From: Candidatus Sumerlaeaceae bacterium
GTDB taxonomy: Bacteria > Sumerlaeota > Sumerlaeia > Sumerlaeales > Sumerlaeaceae
DNA: 64,000 nucleotides
Reading direction: 5' to 3'
Assembly (NCBI GenBank): GCA_051003195.1
Contig: JBPCLP010000011.1
Coordinates: 32,001-96,000 of the forward strand
In this document: positions 10,698 through 20,675 of the stretch, piece after piece
Numbering within the stretch: position 1 is the first letter of the stretch
Layout: every line of letters begins with the position of its first letter
Made by a program: the position numbers and the translations under genes
Notes under the pieces: model-generated
Database searches by the model: none
Seen by the model: only the letters and a program-made list of their open reading frames with translations
What the model was told of the DNA's origin: nothing

Positions 10698-11363
10698 GTG
10701 CATTTCGACACCCGCGCTGTCAGTAAACTTCCGCCTGCTCCTTTCTTGAGCGAAGAGCCCATCAACATCGGCGTTCTTGCCTCCGGCCGCGGATCCAACT
10801 TCGCCGCGTTGCTCAAACACCAGGAGCAAGGCTACTTTGAAAAGGCACGCCTGGCCTGTCTCGTCTCAAACATTCCATCGGCCGGCGCGCTGCAGATCGC
10901 AACGGACGCCGGGCTGCCCGCGCTTTGCATCCGGCCAAAAGAATACACACTACCCCAGCAGTATGAAGCCGCACTTGTCGCCGAGATGGACCAGCACTCA
11001 GTCGAGTGGCTGGCACTCGCAGGATACATGAAGATCGTCGGCCCCACGTTGCTTGGGCGCTACCCTGACCGCATCATCAACATCCACCCTTCCCTCCTTC
11101 CCGCATTCCCCGGTCTTCACGCGCAGCGCCAGGCGCTTGAACACGGAGTCCGCGTCTCAGGCTGTACCGTCCACTTTGTTGACGCCGGTATGGACACGGG
11201 GCCGATCATCGGCCAGCGCTCTGTTCCAGTGCACACCCTCGACACGGAAGCCATGCTTTCCGCCCGTATTCTTGAGCAGGAACATCAACTCTACGCCGAG
11301 TGCCTCAAATCCATTACCGAGCGCCCCTGGCACCTCGACGGCCGACGCGTCATTTTCGACTAG
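10698..11363 (+). CDS. purN: Phosphoribosylglycinamide formyltransferase
   Basis: VLASGRGSNF, LAGYMKI, INIHPSLLPAFPG, GCTVHFVDAGMDTGPII. Confidence 0.95.
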   Translation: MHFDTRAVSKLPPAPFLSEEPINIGVLASGRGSNFAALLKHQEQGYFEKARLACLVSNIPSAGALQIATDAGLPALCIRPKEYTLPQQYEAALVAEMDQHSVEWLALAGYMKIVGPTLLGRYPDRIINIHPSLLPAFPGLHAQRQALEHGVRVSGCTVHFVDAGMDTGPIIGQRSVPVHTLDTEAMLSARILEQEHQLYAECLKSITERPWHLDGRRVIFD

Positions 11364-11397
11364 CCTTGCGCCCTTTGCGAAGAGACAACCGCCGCCG

Positions 11398-12696
11398 ATG
11401 ATCGACCGCTATTCCACCCCCGAGATGTTCAAGCTCTGGAGCGAGCAGACCAAATTTGAGTCGTGGCTCGACGTCGAGCTCGCGGCGTGCGAGGCCTGGG
11501 CCGCCACCGGGAAAATTCCTGCCGACGACCTGAAAGCCATTCGCGACAAAGCGAAGTTCGACGTCGCGCGCATTGAAGAGCTCGACCGAAAACTGCACCA
11601 CGACGTAATCGCCTTCACGACGAATCTCGCCGAGAACATCGGGCCTTCGAGCCGATTTGTTCACATGGGACTGACATCAACAGACGTTGTCGACACAGCG
11701 CAATCGCTTCGCCTGCGAAAAGCCGGTCAACTCATCCTGGTCGAAATAAACAATCTCATAACGATTCTGCACAATTTTGCGTATCAGCACAAACACACCG
11801 TTATGATCGGCCGAACCCATGGTGTGCATGCCGAACCCATTACGCTCGGTTTGAAGTTCCTCGTTTTTCACCAGGAAATGCTGCGCAACCGTACCCGCGT
11901 GCAGAACGCGCTTGCGGACGTCGCCGTTGGCAAAATCAGCGGCGCTGTTGGCACCCACGCGCATACGGGCCCGGATTTTGAGGAACGAATATGCAAGGCG
12001 CTTAAGCTCGCGCCTGCTCCTGTCGCCACCCAGGTTCTTCAGCGGGACCGCCACGCCGCCTTAATAGCGGTACTCACGGTATGTGCCGGCACCATTGAAA
12101 AAATCGCGGTGGAAATCCGGCACCTCCAACGCACTGAAGTGCGCGAACTTGAAGAGCCTTTCGCCAAAGGGCAAAAGGGTAGCAGCGCAATGCCTCATAA
12201 ACGTAACCCTGTGAAATGCGAACAGCTCACAGGACTTGCGCGCCTTTTTCGAGGCTATGCGATAACGGCGTTCGAGAACCAGGCGCTTTGGCACGAGCGC
12301 GACATCAGCCACTCGTCCGCCGAACGCGTGATTCTGTCCGACGCGACCACGTTACTTCACTACATGCTGCGGCAAATGATCAAGGTGGTGAGTGGGCTGC
12401 ACGTGTATCCGGATTCGATGCTTGCCAATCTCAACCAGACGCGCGGCCTGTTGTTTTCCCAGAAAATCCTGCTGGAACTCGTAAACGCAGGACTCAGCCG
12501 GGAGGATGCCTACGAGATCGTGCAGTCTGCCGCGATGCGTACGTGGGCTGACAAAAACACGTCGCTTCGCGACGAACTGCTGCAGGACACAAGGTTCTCC
12601 GGAACCATAGACGCACAAACGCTGGAGGGTCTCCTCGACCCAGCCAGCTTTCTACTCCACCTCGAAGCGATTTTCTCGAGGGCCCAGAAATCCTAA
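11398..12696 (+). CDS. purB: Adenylosuccinate lyase
   Basis: MIDRYS start, HDVIAF, HMGLTSTD, GRTHGVHAEP, GSSAMPHKRNP. Confidence 0.96.
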   Translation: MIDRYSTPEMFKLWSEQTKFESWLDVELAACEAWAATGKIPADDLKAIRDKAKFDVARIEELDRKLHHDVIAFTTNLAENIGPSSRFVHMGLTSTDVVDTAQSLRLRKAGQLILVEINNLITILHNFAYQHKHTVMIGRTHGVHAEPITLGLKFLVFHQEMLRNRTRVQNALADVAVGKISGAVGTHAHTGPDFEERICKALKLAPAPVATQVLQRDRHAALIAVLTVCAGTIEKIAVEIRHLQRTEVRELEEPFAKGQKGSSAMPHKRNPVKCEQLTGLARLFRGYAITAFENQALWHERDISHSSAERVILSDATTLLHYMLRQMIKVVSGLHVYPDSMLANLNQTRGLLFSQKILLELVNAGLSREDAYEIVQSAAMRTWADKNTSLRDELLQDTRFSGTIDAQTLEGLLDPASFLLHLEAIFSRAQKS

Positions 12697-12733
12697 CCTG
12701 GTGCGCTGTCTTAGAGTTTTGCAGGCATAATTC

Positions 12734-12882
12734 CGAATTGCGGCTTTTGGAATCCGCGGCCCGCAGGTTTTTCGCGCCGAAGGTGCGGCGGGTCACAGCC
12801 CAGGGTCAGGATTCCGGCTTTTTGGAATCCGCAGCCCTGGGACACAGCACCCCATTTTTCGCGCCCTGAAGGGGCGCCGGAA
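12734..12882. repeat. Composite REP-like palindromic element
   Basis: GGCTTTT(T)GGAATCCGC twice; CCCAGGG...CCCTGGG stem; TTTTTCGCGCC(CT)GAAGG(T/G)GCG twice. Confidence 0.55.
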
Positions 12883-12995
12883 ACCGAAAATTTGTACGAG
12901 GGACACCACACTGGTGTGCCGAATCAGCAGGTCCCTACCACACCAAAGCGCAGACTTGACCTCAATTCGGCACAAAGAACTCCACACCAGAATTT

Positions 12996-13160
12996 TTAGC
13001 TTCTGATTCCGCGGCGGGGATCCGGCGGCTGATTGTTGATGACCGCATGCCGCACATCCCTGCGAACATCATGGCCTGCTCGCTCACGTGTGAAGTACGC
13101 AATTCCGATTACGATGACCAATGCGAGGAATGTGGTGATGCCCAGTATGGGAAGAAACAT
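12996..13160 (-). CDS. 54-aa small membrane protein (not in ORF track)
   Basis: AGGAGGAG RBS, then MFLPILGITTFLALVIVIGIAYFTRERAGHDVRRDVRHAVINNQPPDPRRGIRS*; one TM helix. Confidence 0.65.
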   Translation of the reverse strand: MFLPILGITTFLALVIVIGIAYFTRERAGHDVRRDVRHAVINNQPPDPRRGIRS

Positions 13161-13187
13161 AGTTCGCTCTCCTCCTGCAGATTGTAG

Positions 13188-13514
13188 TTAAGCGTTACCG
13201 CGTCGTTCAACTTCGTCGATACTTTCGTCCTGCCGTACATCGGATGCGCCACCGGGGCCAAACCCGGTGAGCCCCTCATCCGGTCCGCCTGCACGGCGTC
13301 CCTCCGGTATTTCGTCAAACGCTTCCCGCAACGGCTTCTCCCCGGCATCTGCTGAGGCATAATAATCCGTTTCGCCACCCTCACCGGGTTTACCGAAAGA
13401 ATCGCGCGCATTCAGTCCCGGCGCGACGTCCCGCCGCCTTCGCGGCCTCTTCGAACCGGAGACCCTATTCTCGTCGATCATCTTATCCGCCTGCTGACGA
13501 TTAGCATTTTCCAT
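13188..13514 (-). CDS. Hypothetical hydrophilic, probably disordered protein
   Basis: AGGAG RBS before ATG; G/E/D/R-rich; same strand and just upstream of the small membrane protein. Confidence 0.6.
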   Translation of the reverse strand: MENANRQQADKMIDENRVSGSKRPRRRRDVAPGLNARDSFGKPGEGGETDYYASADAGEKPLREAFDEIPEGRRAGGPDEGLTGFGPGGASDVRQDESIDEVERRGNA

Positions 13515-13758
13515 AATCCGGCTCCTGCTCTGCTTTGGTTACACTCGGATACCAGCAAGCCCCGGTCCAAGCTTGAGCTTTCCATGCGCGACAAAGATGA
13601 GCTACGAGTTTGCATACCTAATTGATACGTATAGTTTTACATGAAGAATTCACTCTGGCTTGATAAAGCGTCTTTTAGGATGGTAACAAATTTGCCGTCG
13701 ATCCAGTTCCGCTTTTTCCCCCCACGCCGTCGATCGAACTCCTGCAAGATACGGTGCC

Positions 13759-13944
13759 ATGTCACTAACTCAAACGATTCGCTGCCCGGCAATTGCTGCC
13801 GTAATCCAGATTTCTGTCACTATGACGTGGGGAGCCATCGTCAATGTGCCGGCAAACCAGCCTACCATCGGAGCGGGAATAAACGTAGCGCAACGTGGAC
13901 CAGCGGTGCTGCTGTCCAGAATCAGCGAGTGGTCTATATATTAG
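13759..13944 (+). pseudogene. Collapsed secreted-protein gene or mini-ORF: signal-like peptide + beta-helix-type N-terminus + C-terminal W motif
   Basis: ...AIVNVPANQPTIGAGINVAQRGPAVLL joined to SRISEWSIY*. Confidence 0.55.
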
Positions 13945-14053
13945 TGTGGTCCACCGTTATCGTAGTCCGGGCTCGCAGCCCGGCCTCTCCGTCCATTTCC
14001 GATAACGCAAATTAACTGGACCAGTAACCACAGGCCGCTGCACGTTCGCTGGC

Positions 14054-14998
14054 ATGGCTGATTCATCTTCCCATATTGGGACGGCTCTCCGGCAAAACCT
14101 GGGTCGCGTAATACTTGGCAAGCCGGAAGTCATCGACCTCGTTCTGACCGTGCTTCTGGCGAACGGCCACGTGTTAATTGAAGACGTTCCTGGTCTTGGA
14201 AAAACGCTGCTCGCCAAAGCGCTCGCGCGCAGCATTGATGCGCCGTTTCAGCGGATCCAGTTCACACCTGATCTTCTTCCATCTGACATTACTGGCACAT
14301 CCGTGTATAATGAACGTGAACTCTCGTTCGATTTCCGGCCTGGGCCGGTATTCACCAGCATCCTCCTTGGTGACGAACTGAATCGCGCAACTCCGCGCAC
14401 CCAAAGTGCGCTGCTCGAAGCAATGGAGGAACGGCAGGTGAGCGTCGAAGGCACCACGCACCAGTTGCCTGCGATGTTCTTCGTCATGGCAACGCAGAAC
14501 CCTGTTGAGCAGCAGGGCGTCTACGATCTGCCAGAGGCGCAGCTGGATCGTTTTCTGATGCAGGTCTCCATCGGCTACCCGCGCCGCCACGATGAGGTAG
14601 AGATTGTACGCAGCCAGTTGCAGCAGCGACCGCTGGATTCTCTTCAACCCGTAACCACCGCCGATGAGCTTGTAGCTGCCCAGCATGAGGTGCGCGCGAT
14701 CCACGTGGACGATACATTAATTGAATACGCAGTCAAACTTACGGACACAACGCGACTGCATCCGGATCTCGTGCTCGGCGCCAGCCCTCGAGCAAGTCTC
14801 GCACTTGTGGTCGCGTCGCAGGCGCGCAGTTACCTGGAAGGCCTGGCGTATGTTCTTCCCGACACAATGAAACAGCTCGCCATCCCGGTCCTGCGGCACC
14901 GCCTCATCCTGAAGCCGCAGAGTATGCTCGGCGGAAAAACCGCGGAACACATCATCCGCGATATCCTTGAACAGGTCGAGCTGCCGCTCGCCGTGTAG
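14054..14998 (+). CDS. moxR: MoxR-family AAA+ ATPase
   Basis: GHVLIEDVPGLGKT, RIQFTPDLLPSDITG, DELNRATPRTQSALLEAMEE, LPEAQLDRF. Confidence 0.93.
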   Translation: MADSSSHIGTALRQNLGRVILGKPEVIDLVLTVLLANGHVLIEDVPGLGKTLLAKALARSIDAPFQRIQFTPDLLPSDITGTSVYNERELSFDFRPGPVFTSILLGDELNRATPRTQSALLEAMEERQVSVEGTTHQLPAMFFVMATQNPVEQQGVYDLPEAQLDRFLMQVSIGYPRRHDEVEIVRSQLQQRPLDSLQPVTTADELVAAQHEVRAIHVDDTLIEYAVKLTDTTRLHPDLVLGASPRASLALVVASQARSYLEGLAYVLPDTMKQLAIPVLRHRLILKPQSMLGGKTAEHIIRDILEQVELPLAV

Positions 14999-15004
14999 CG
15001 CAAG

Positions 15005-16276
15005 ATGGCCCAGCAGGACCTTTCGTTTCGCTTCATGACACGCCGCAATGCGGTGCTGTTTCTTGCTTCCTTTCTACTGGTGATTGGCTTCGGCACCGGC
15101 ACCCGAGCGATTATCTTTTTTGCTGAACTACTCGTTCTTACAATGCTGGGCGAATGCTTTCTTGGGGCGCGCGCGCTCGACCTGGTCCGCGTCGGGCGCA
15201 GCCACTATCCCCGCAGCTTCGAGGGAAGCCAGATCGAGGTGCGCCTTAATGTAACGAACGAAGGTTCGACACCCGTCTACATGCTCGTGGTGACCGACAG
15301 TTTCCCTCCTGGCAGCAATTATCACGTTCGGCAGATGGCAACGCACTTACCAGCCCGCAGCGAAATCGCATTCCGGTATCGCGAAGTCTGCTCGCGCCGT
15401 CGGGGACTGTACGTCCTGGGTCCCATCCGCCTGCAGGCATCCGACCCGCTTGGCCTGTTCACCTTTGAGCGGACGGAAAACGAACTCTCTAAACTTCTGG
15501 TCTACCCGACAGCCGAACAACTCGTTGGTTTCAACGTACTCGGTGCCGGCACGCACGCAAACGTAGGAAGCGAGATCGTGCGACATATCGGCCGCAGCGA
15601 GGAGTTCGAGCGGCTGCGGGCCTACCACCGCGGCGATCCCCCCCGCCTCATCCATTGGCGTTCGTCCGCGCGGCTGGGTGCCTTGCATGTTAAGGAATTC
15701 GAGCGCAACGTGGTAACGCAGGTTACCATTTACTGCGATCTCCACCTGGTCGCGCTTTCCGGACTCGGCGATCTTACCTCGGTCGAGTACCGCATTAAAG
15801 TGGCCGGCTCCATCGCGCAGGAAGCAATTCATCGGCATCACTTCGTGCGAGTCGTTGCATTAAAGCAACCGAGGGAAGAGACGCGTCTGGCCGGAGGCTC
15901 GCAACACCTTACTGCGATCCTGGACTGGCTCGCACTTCTGAAGCCAGCGGGCAGCGGCAGCGTGGAAGAGCAATTGATTGCCGAATCCGGAATGCAGCGC
16001 CGCGGTTCCACCGTCATTCTCGTCCTTAGCAGCATTCATCTCAATGCGGCACGCCTTCTCGATGCGGTTACGTTGCTTCACATGCGGCGGGTCAAGGTAC
16101 TCGCCGTGCTCGTCGACGACCGCAGTTTCATCAAACTCCGCAAGGAGCAGGAGGAATACTATCAGAAGGCTCCGCCGCTCAAGACTGTCGCGGCCGCACT
16201 CACTCGCGCTGGTGTAGTGACCTACACCATTCGCAACCAGGAGAGCGTGACCAGGCGGCTTGGAGTGCCTGTATGA
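15005..16276 (+). CDS. DUF58 domain protein
   Basis: RRGLYVLGP..DPLGLF, LVYP, EFERLRAYHRGDPPRLIHWRSSARLG.L.VKEFE; follows MoxR. Confidence 0.88.
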   Translation: MAQQDLSFRFMTRRNAVLFLASFLLVIGFGTGTRAIIFFAELLVLTMLGECFLGARALDLVRVGRSHYPRSFEGSQIEVRLNVTNEGSTPVYMLVVTDSFPPGSNYHVRQMATHLPARSEIAFRYREVCSRRRGLYVLGPIRLQASDPLGLFTFERTENELSKLLVYPTAEQLVGFNVLGAGTHANVGSEIVRHIGRSEEFERLRAYHRGDPPRLIHWRSSARLGALHVKEFERNVVTQVTIYCDLHLVALSGLGDLTSVEYRIKVAGSIAQEAIHRHHFVRVVALKQPREETRLAGGSQHLTAILDWLALLKPAGSGSVEEQLIAESGMQRRGSTVILVLSSIHLNAARLLDAVTLLHMRRVKVLAVLVDDRSFIKLRKEQEEYYQKAPPLKTVAAALTRAGVVTYTIRNQESVTRRLGVPV

Positions 16277-17451
16277 AGAGCTACGAACTGGACCATGCGC
16301 AGAACATCGTGACACTTGGCACCGGCGTCATGCTCACGGCGACAGCTCTCACGAGCTTCAGTTTCTTGTTAGGGTTCAACGTACTCTTTGAGTTTCCTGA
16401 TTATCTGAATCCAGCGCTGACTGTGCTGCTGGCGCTGTGCGTTGGCTTCGCGATGGCCTCCCGCGTCTCCATGATCGATCTATGGAAAACGATGGAGCAC
16501 AACACGCGCCTCGCTCTTATCGTCTTCCTCGGTCTGTACTTCGCGCTGACTTCCATGGCGCCGGGCCACTTCTCTCCGTTCGCCGGCTTAGTCGCACTTC
16601 ATGTCCCAGCGGCACTCACCCTTGTGTCAGACCGCGGATTTGCGCGGCTCTATATCCTTACCGGCCTGACTTCCGCATTCGCCGTTCTCAACTTTCTGCC
16701 ACATGTGGCCGCGTGCCTGCTCGCCGTGTACGGGCTGCTGCTGTTTCTCACCCTTAGCTATGAGAACTTTTTCTTTCGATTACTTTCGCAGCCCGTTTCC
16801 ACTCCGGTGAGCGGCTGGCTTCCGCTCCTGCTGGCGGCATCGAGATACATCCTCTTTGCAGCGCCGGCGTGGCTGCTGTGGCGGTTCGTTCCGACACCCC
16901 CGCCGTTTCTGTTTCATCCAAGTGATGTCGATCGCGAACAGCAGCGCCAGCGCCCCATCTCCGATCCCGCTTCGTTCAATGCCAGTCTCGTGAAAGCGTT
17001 CCTGTACACAATGGCGCTCATCCTGCTTCTGCTCGGGCTCATTGCCATGCTCCGCTACCTGCACTCAAAGTTCCGACGCAAAGGTGGCGAACTCCTGCCC
17101 GAATCGATCGGCGTACCCGTTGGATCTTTACAGAAATTGTCGAGAGCTGAGAATCAGCGCACCGAACGTGGCAACGATCCCCTCGCACAAATCGTCAAGG
17201 AGTACGAAAGGTTTTCAACCGCGCTTCGCTCCGACCTGGCACAGCGCGCCCCAAGCCAGACGCCCGAAGAGTTCGCAACTCGCCTGCGTAACCTTGCGGC
17301 TATTCCCGGTCCGCTTCTCAGCGATATCACTGCCGAGTTTTCCACCGCCCGTTATGCTCCGCAGGAAGTTACGTGGGAGACCGCCGAACGTTTCACCGGG
17401 CTTATAGAGCAAGCCGTTCATTCCGACGACGACGCTGAAAAGCCAGCTTAG
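16273..17451 (+). CDS. Multi-TM protein with C-terminal DUF4129-like domain
   Basis: About 7 TM helices; R.PSQTPEEFATRL...FSTARYAP. Confidence 0.7.
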   Translation: MKSYELDHAQNIVTLGTGVMLTATALTSFSFLLGFNVLFEFPDYLNPALTVLLALCVGFAMASRVSMIDLWKTMEHNTRLALIVFLGLYFALTSMAPGHFSPFAGLVALHVPAALTLVSDRGFARLYILTGLTSAFAVLNFLPHVAACLLAVYGLLLFLTLSYENFFFRLLSQPVSTPVSGWLPLLLAASRYILFAAPAWLLWRFVPTPPPFLFHPSDVDREQQRQRPISDPASFNASLVKAFLYTMALILLLLGLIAMLRYLHSKFRRKGGELLPESIGVPVGSLQKLSRAENQRTERGNDPLAQIVKEYERFSTALRSDLAQRAPSQTPEEFATRLRNLAAIPGPLLSDITAEFSTARYAPQEVTWETAERFTGLIEQAVHSDDDAEKPA

Positions 17452-18618
17452 GTGCCTCGCCATCGTTCGTCCTTGTATTCTCACCCAACGATAACAAATC
17501 AGCATCCGTTGCCAAACTACCCAAACCCCGAAGTCTACTGGCGGAGTACCCGCGCACGGGATCACGCGCGCGCGGGTGCGCTTGCTTATGCGCGTGCAGA
17601 GATGACCCGACGTCGCGCGGCGGGTGCGATTGCAAAACAATCACTGCTTCAGATTCACAGCGGCCGGCATCACCTCGATTTCTTTCGCGACCAGTTTCCG
17701 CAGCTCATCGCCAAACTACCACCCAACTTCCGCGCCATCGAAGTCGGAGCGGGAATGGCATGGCAGGCCGCGTTGCTCGCCGCGCACAGCAGCGGCTCCG
17801 TTGTGGCCACCGAAATCACCTTCGACCAAAAGACTCCGTACCACCTGGACAACGTCCACGTGCTGTATCGACTTTGCGAACACGACCCGGCGTTGAGTAG
17901 CCTTCTGGAATTTCACACAAACCAACAGGACGTTACGTCGGTGACGTTCGACCCTCGGCTACAGTTTGCGCGCGCAGATGCGGCCGGCCTGCCGTTCGCC
18001 ACGGCCACTGCAGATCTCTTGTACTCCAATAACTGTCTGGAACACCTGCCGGACCTCGAGAGCGCGTTTCGTGAAGCGGCACGCGTTCTAAAGCCCGGAG
18101 GCCTTTTGTTTGGCTCGACTGAGCCATTATACTTTTCCGCGCAGGGGCATCACCTCAGCGACTTTTTCCCAATCCCGTGGGGCCATCTTCTCTGGCACGT
18201 TGACGAGCTGGCGGAGATCGTGCTCCGCGAAGGCGAGCCCGGCCGCGAATGGGAACCTGGAGACGTCTTTTCCGCACGCCACGTGAACTATATACTTGGC
18301 GAAATCCTCAACTACACTACGCCGGTTGAATTTCGATCACTGATCCGTTGCGGACCCTGGCGGGTCGAAGCATGGCTGGACATAGCACATTCAGCCGACA
18401 AGACGCTGGCGCGCGAGATTCATCTCTTCGACGCTCTTACCGGGATTCCCACGGAAGCGCTGCTTCTTACAGGACTGCGGTTTCATCTCCGCCGTGACGA
18501 GGCTCATCCTCGAATCCAGATACCGTTGCTCCTCGACCACATCACCCGGAGCCGCATCCGGCGCCTGCTACCCCGTAAGCTAATGCTCCTTAAAGGCTTG
18601 AGAGCGTCTCAACAATGA
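17452..18618 (+). CDS. Class I SAM-dependent methyltransferase; start uncertain
   Basis: IEVGAGMA, DAAGLPFA...DLLYSNNCLEHLPD...EAARVLKPGG. Confidence 0.8.
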   Translation: MPRHRSSLYSHPTITNQHPLPNYPNPEVYWRSTRARDHARAGALAYARAEMTRRRAAGAIAKQSLLQIHSGRHHLDFFRDQFPQLIAKLPPNFRAIEVGAGMAWQAALLAAHSSGSVVATEITFDQKTPYHLDNVHVLYRLCEHDPALSSLLEFHTNQQDVTSVTFDPRLQFARADAAGLPFATATADLLYSNNCLEHLPDLESAFREAARVLKPGGLLFGSTEPLYFSAQGHHLSDFFPIPWGHLLWHVDELAEIVLREGEPGREWEPGDVFSARHVNYILGEILNYTTPVEFRSLIRCGPWRVEAWLDIAHSADKTLAREIHLFDALTGIPTEALLLTGLRFHLRRDEAHPRIQIPLLLDHITRSRIRRLLPRKLMLLKGLRASQQ

Positions 18619-18625
18619 TCAAGCT

Positions 18626-19564
18626 GTGCCTGTGTATCAAAAACTAATCCGCGAGTTCTGCCGACGAGTGTCACCCCTCACGCAGAAGCTCGGCTTTGTG
18701 CTCAGCCCCGTACACTTTTATTTTCCCATTCCTGACACGCGCGATTTGGCCGCACGAAACGTATGGGACCAGCGCACGACCCTCTCCGGCATTTCATGGA
18801 ACCCGGATGCGCAACTTGCGCTGGTTAATGAACTATCTGCCTTCGGTCGCGAGTGCGACTGGACAAGCACAGCCGACGCGCCAGCAGGCCGATACAGCTC
18901 GGACAATCCAACGTTCGGCTTTGCGAGTGCCATGCTCGCGCATGCGATGGTGCGCCATTTCCGACCTAGGCGCATCATCGAAGTCGGAGTTGGGTGGTCG
19001 ACACTCGCGCTGCTCGAAGCTGCCGCTCGCAACACTGCCGTTGGCGCGCCAGCCCTGCAGTACACCGGAATTGATCCATATCCGCCGGTCTGGCTCCCAC
19101 CCGGCGCAACCGAACACCTGCACCAGGTGCAGGTGCAGAGTATTCCTGTCGCACACTTAACCGACCTCGACAGGAACGACATCCTGTTCATCGACTCCAG
19201 CCACGTGTTGAACGTTGGCAGCGACGTGCAGTACCTCTACCTGGAAGTTCTTCCGCGCCTGCGTCCCGGCGTAATAGTCCACGTACACGACATTCAGCTC
19301 CCGCGCGAGTACCCTCGCGACTATGCCATCCGTCAGCGATGGTTCTGGAACGAACAGTACTTGCTGCAGGCTTTCCTCGCGCATAACGATGACTTCGAGA
19401 TCCTGCTGGCCGGGCATTATCTCTGCTCCGACCACGCACCTGCTTTACAGGTTGCATTCCCGCACTATGCTCCGCAGCATTACTCGCCCACCGGCAGCTT
19501 CTGGATGCGCCGTCGCATCAAACCCGTTGCGTTCCACGACCCAACCCTGCAACAGCACACCTGA
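18626..19564 (+). CDS. Class I SAM-dependent methyltransferase (Methyltransf_24-like)
   Basis: PRRIIEVGVGWST, IDPYP, DILFIDSSHV..GSDV, HVHDI.LP.EYP, WNEQYLLQAFL. Confidence 0.85.
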   Translation: MPVYQKLIREFCRRVSPLTQKLGFVLSPVHFYFPIPDTRDLAARNVWDQRTTLSGISWNPDAQLALVNELSAFGRECDWTSTADAPAGRYSSDNPTFGFASAMLAHAMVRHFRPRRIIEVGVGWSTLALLEAAARNTAVGAPALQYTGIDPYPPVWLPPGATEHLHQVQVQSIPVAHLTDLDRNDILFIDSSHVLNVGSDVQYLYLEVLPRLRPGVIVHVHDIQLPREYPRDYAIRQRWFWNEQYLLQAFLAHNDDFEILLAGHYLCSDHAPALQVAFPHYAPQHYSPTGSFWMRRRIKPVAFHDPTLQQHT

Positions 19565-20610
19565 TGACTACGGAACCCATCTGGTGGCTCATTGCCTTCG
19601 CCATCTGGCTGGCTGCACTTGCCGGCCTGCGCCTCGTCGCCCCGGGGCGCATGCGCGAGAACCTTGAGGCATATCTCTACCTGCTTCCCGCCGGTGCGGT
19701 GCTGCTCGCGTTCTGGTTCCTGCCGGCCGCATGCTCCATCGCCGTCAGCTTTACGAACTGGACTGGCGCCTCGCGTATCAACTCTGTCCAATGGACCGGG
19801 ATTGAGAACTACCGTCGCGCGCTCAGCGATGACCAGTTTCAGCAGGTCCTCTACAATACGCTGAACTACGTTCTCTACAGCGTACCGCTTACCATTGTGG
19901 CGGCCTTGGCGATCGCATCGCTGCTAAACAGCCAGATCTTCGGCCGACAGGTCTTCCGCACCATCTATTTCCTGCCTTACGTCACGACGTGGGTCGCGGT
20001 TTCTATCGTGTTCAAGTATGTCTTCAACGAACAGTTCGGCCTGGCAAACCATCTCCTGCATTCATCGCGGCTCCCAATGTTCGGCTGGCTGAATGAGCCA
20101 CGCGGTATTATCGAAATGCTGCTGCAGGATGGCGCGGGCATTAAGCTCGGCGGACCGCTTCACCCATTGCTCGCCGGTCCGTCGCTCGCCATGTTCTCCG
20201 TTATCCTCACATCCGTTTGGCGCGATGTCGGGTACTTTATGGTCATCTTTTTAGCCGGACTGCAGAACATCGACAAGACATTCTACGAGGCCGCGGAAAT
20301 CGACGGTGCCACCGCATGGCAGCGCTTCCGCCACGTGACCTGGCCCCTGCTTTCGCCCACCACCTTTTTCATTCTCGTGGTCTCGCTCATCGCCGCCTTT
20401 AAGGTTTTCGTGCCTATGTACATCATGACACCCGGAGGCACACCCGGCGGCACCACCGAGACCCTGGTATCGTACCTTTTCAAAGTCGGATTTACTGGAT
20501 ATCGTGAATTGGGTTATGCGTCGGCCGTCGCTTACATACTTTTCCTGATCATTCTCGTGATCACAGTGGCGCAAAATACAATAATCGGCCGCAAGGTCCA
20601 TTACGCTTAG
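19564..20610 (+). CDS. Carbohydrate ABC transporter permease
   Basis: GIENY, FRTIYFLP, FLAGLQNI...YEAAEIDGA..WQRFRHVTWPLLSP (EAA motif), GYASA. Confidence 0.92.
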   Translation: MTTEPIWWLIAFAIWLAALAGLRLVAPGRMRENLEAYLYLLPAGAVLLAFWFLPAACSIAVSFTNWTGASRINSVQWTGIENYRRALSDDQFQQVLYNTLNYVLYSVPLTIVAALAIASLLNSQIFGRQVFRTIYFLPYVTTWVAVSIVFKYVFNEQFGLANHLLHSSRLPMFGWLNEPRGIIEMLLQDGAGIKLGGPLHPLLAGPSLAMFSVILTSVWRDVGYFMVIFLAGLQNIDKTFYEAAEIDGATAWQRFRHVTWPLLSPTTFFILVVSLIAAFKVFVPMYIMTPGGTPGGTTETLVSYLFKVGFTGYRELGYASAVAYILFLIILVITVAQNTIIGRKVHYA

Positions 20611-20675
20611 AGTATTCGCGGCGCACGAATGTCCGCCGCTCACGCGAAATTGTTCCGCTAAATCCTAAAGCTCCG

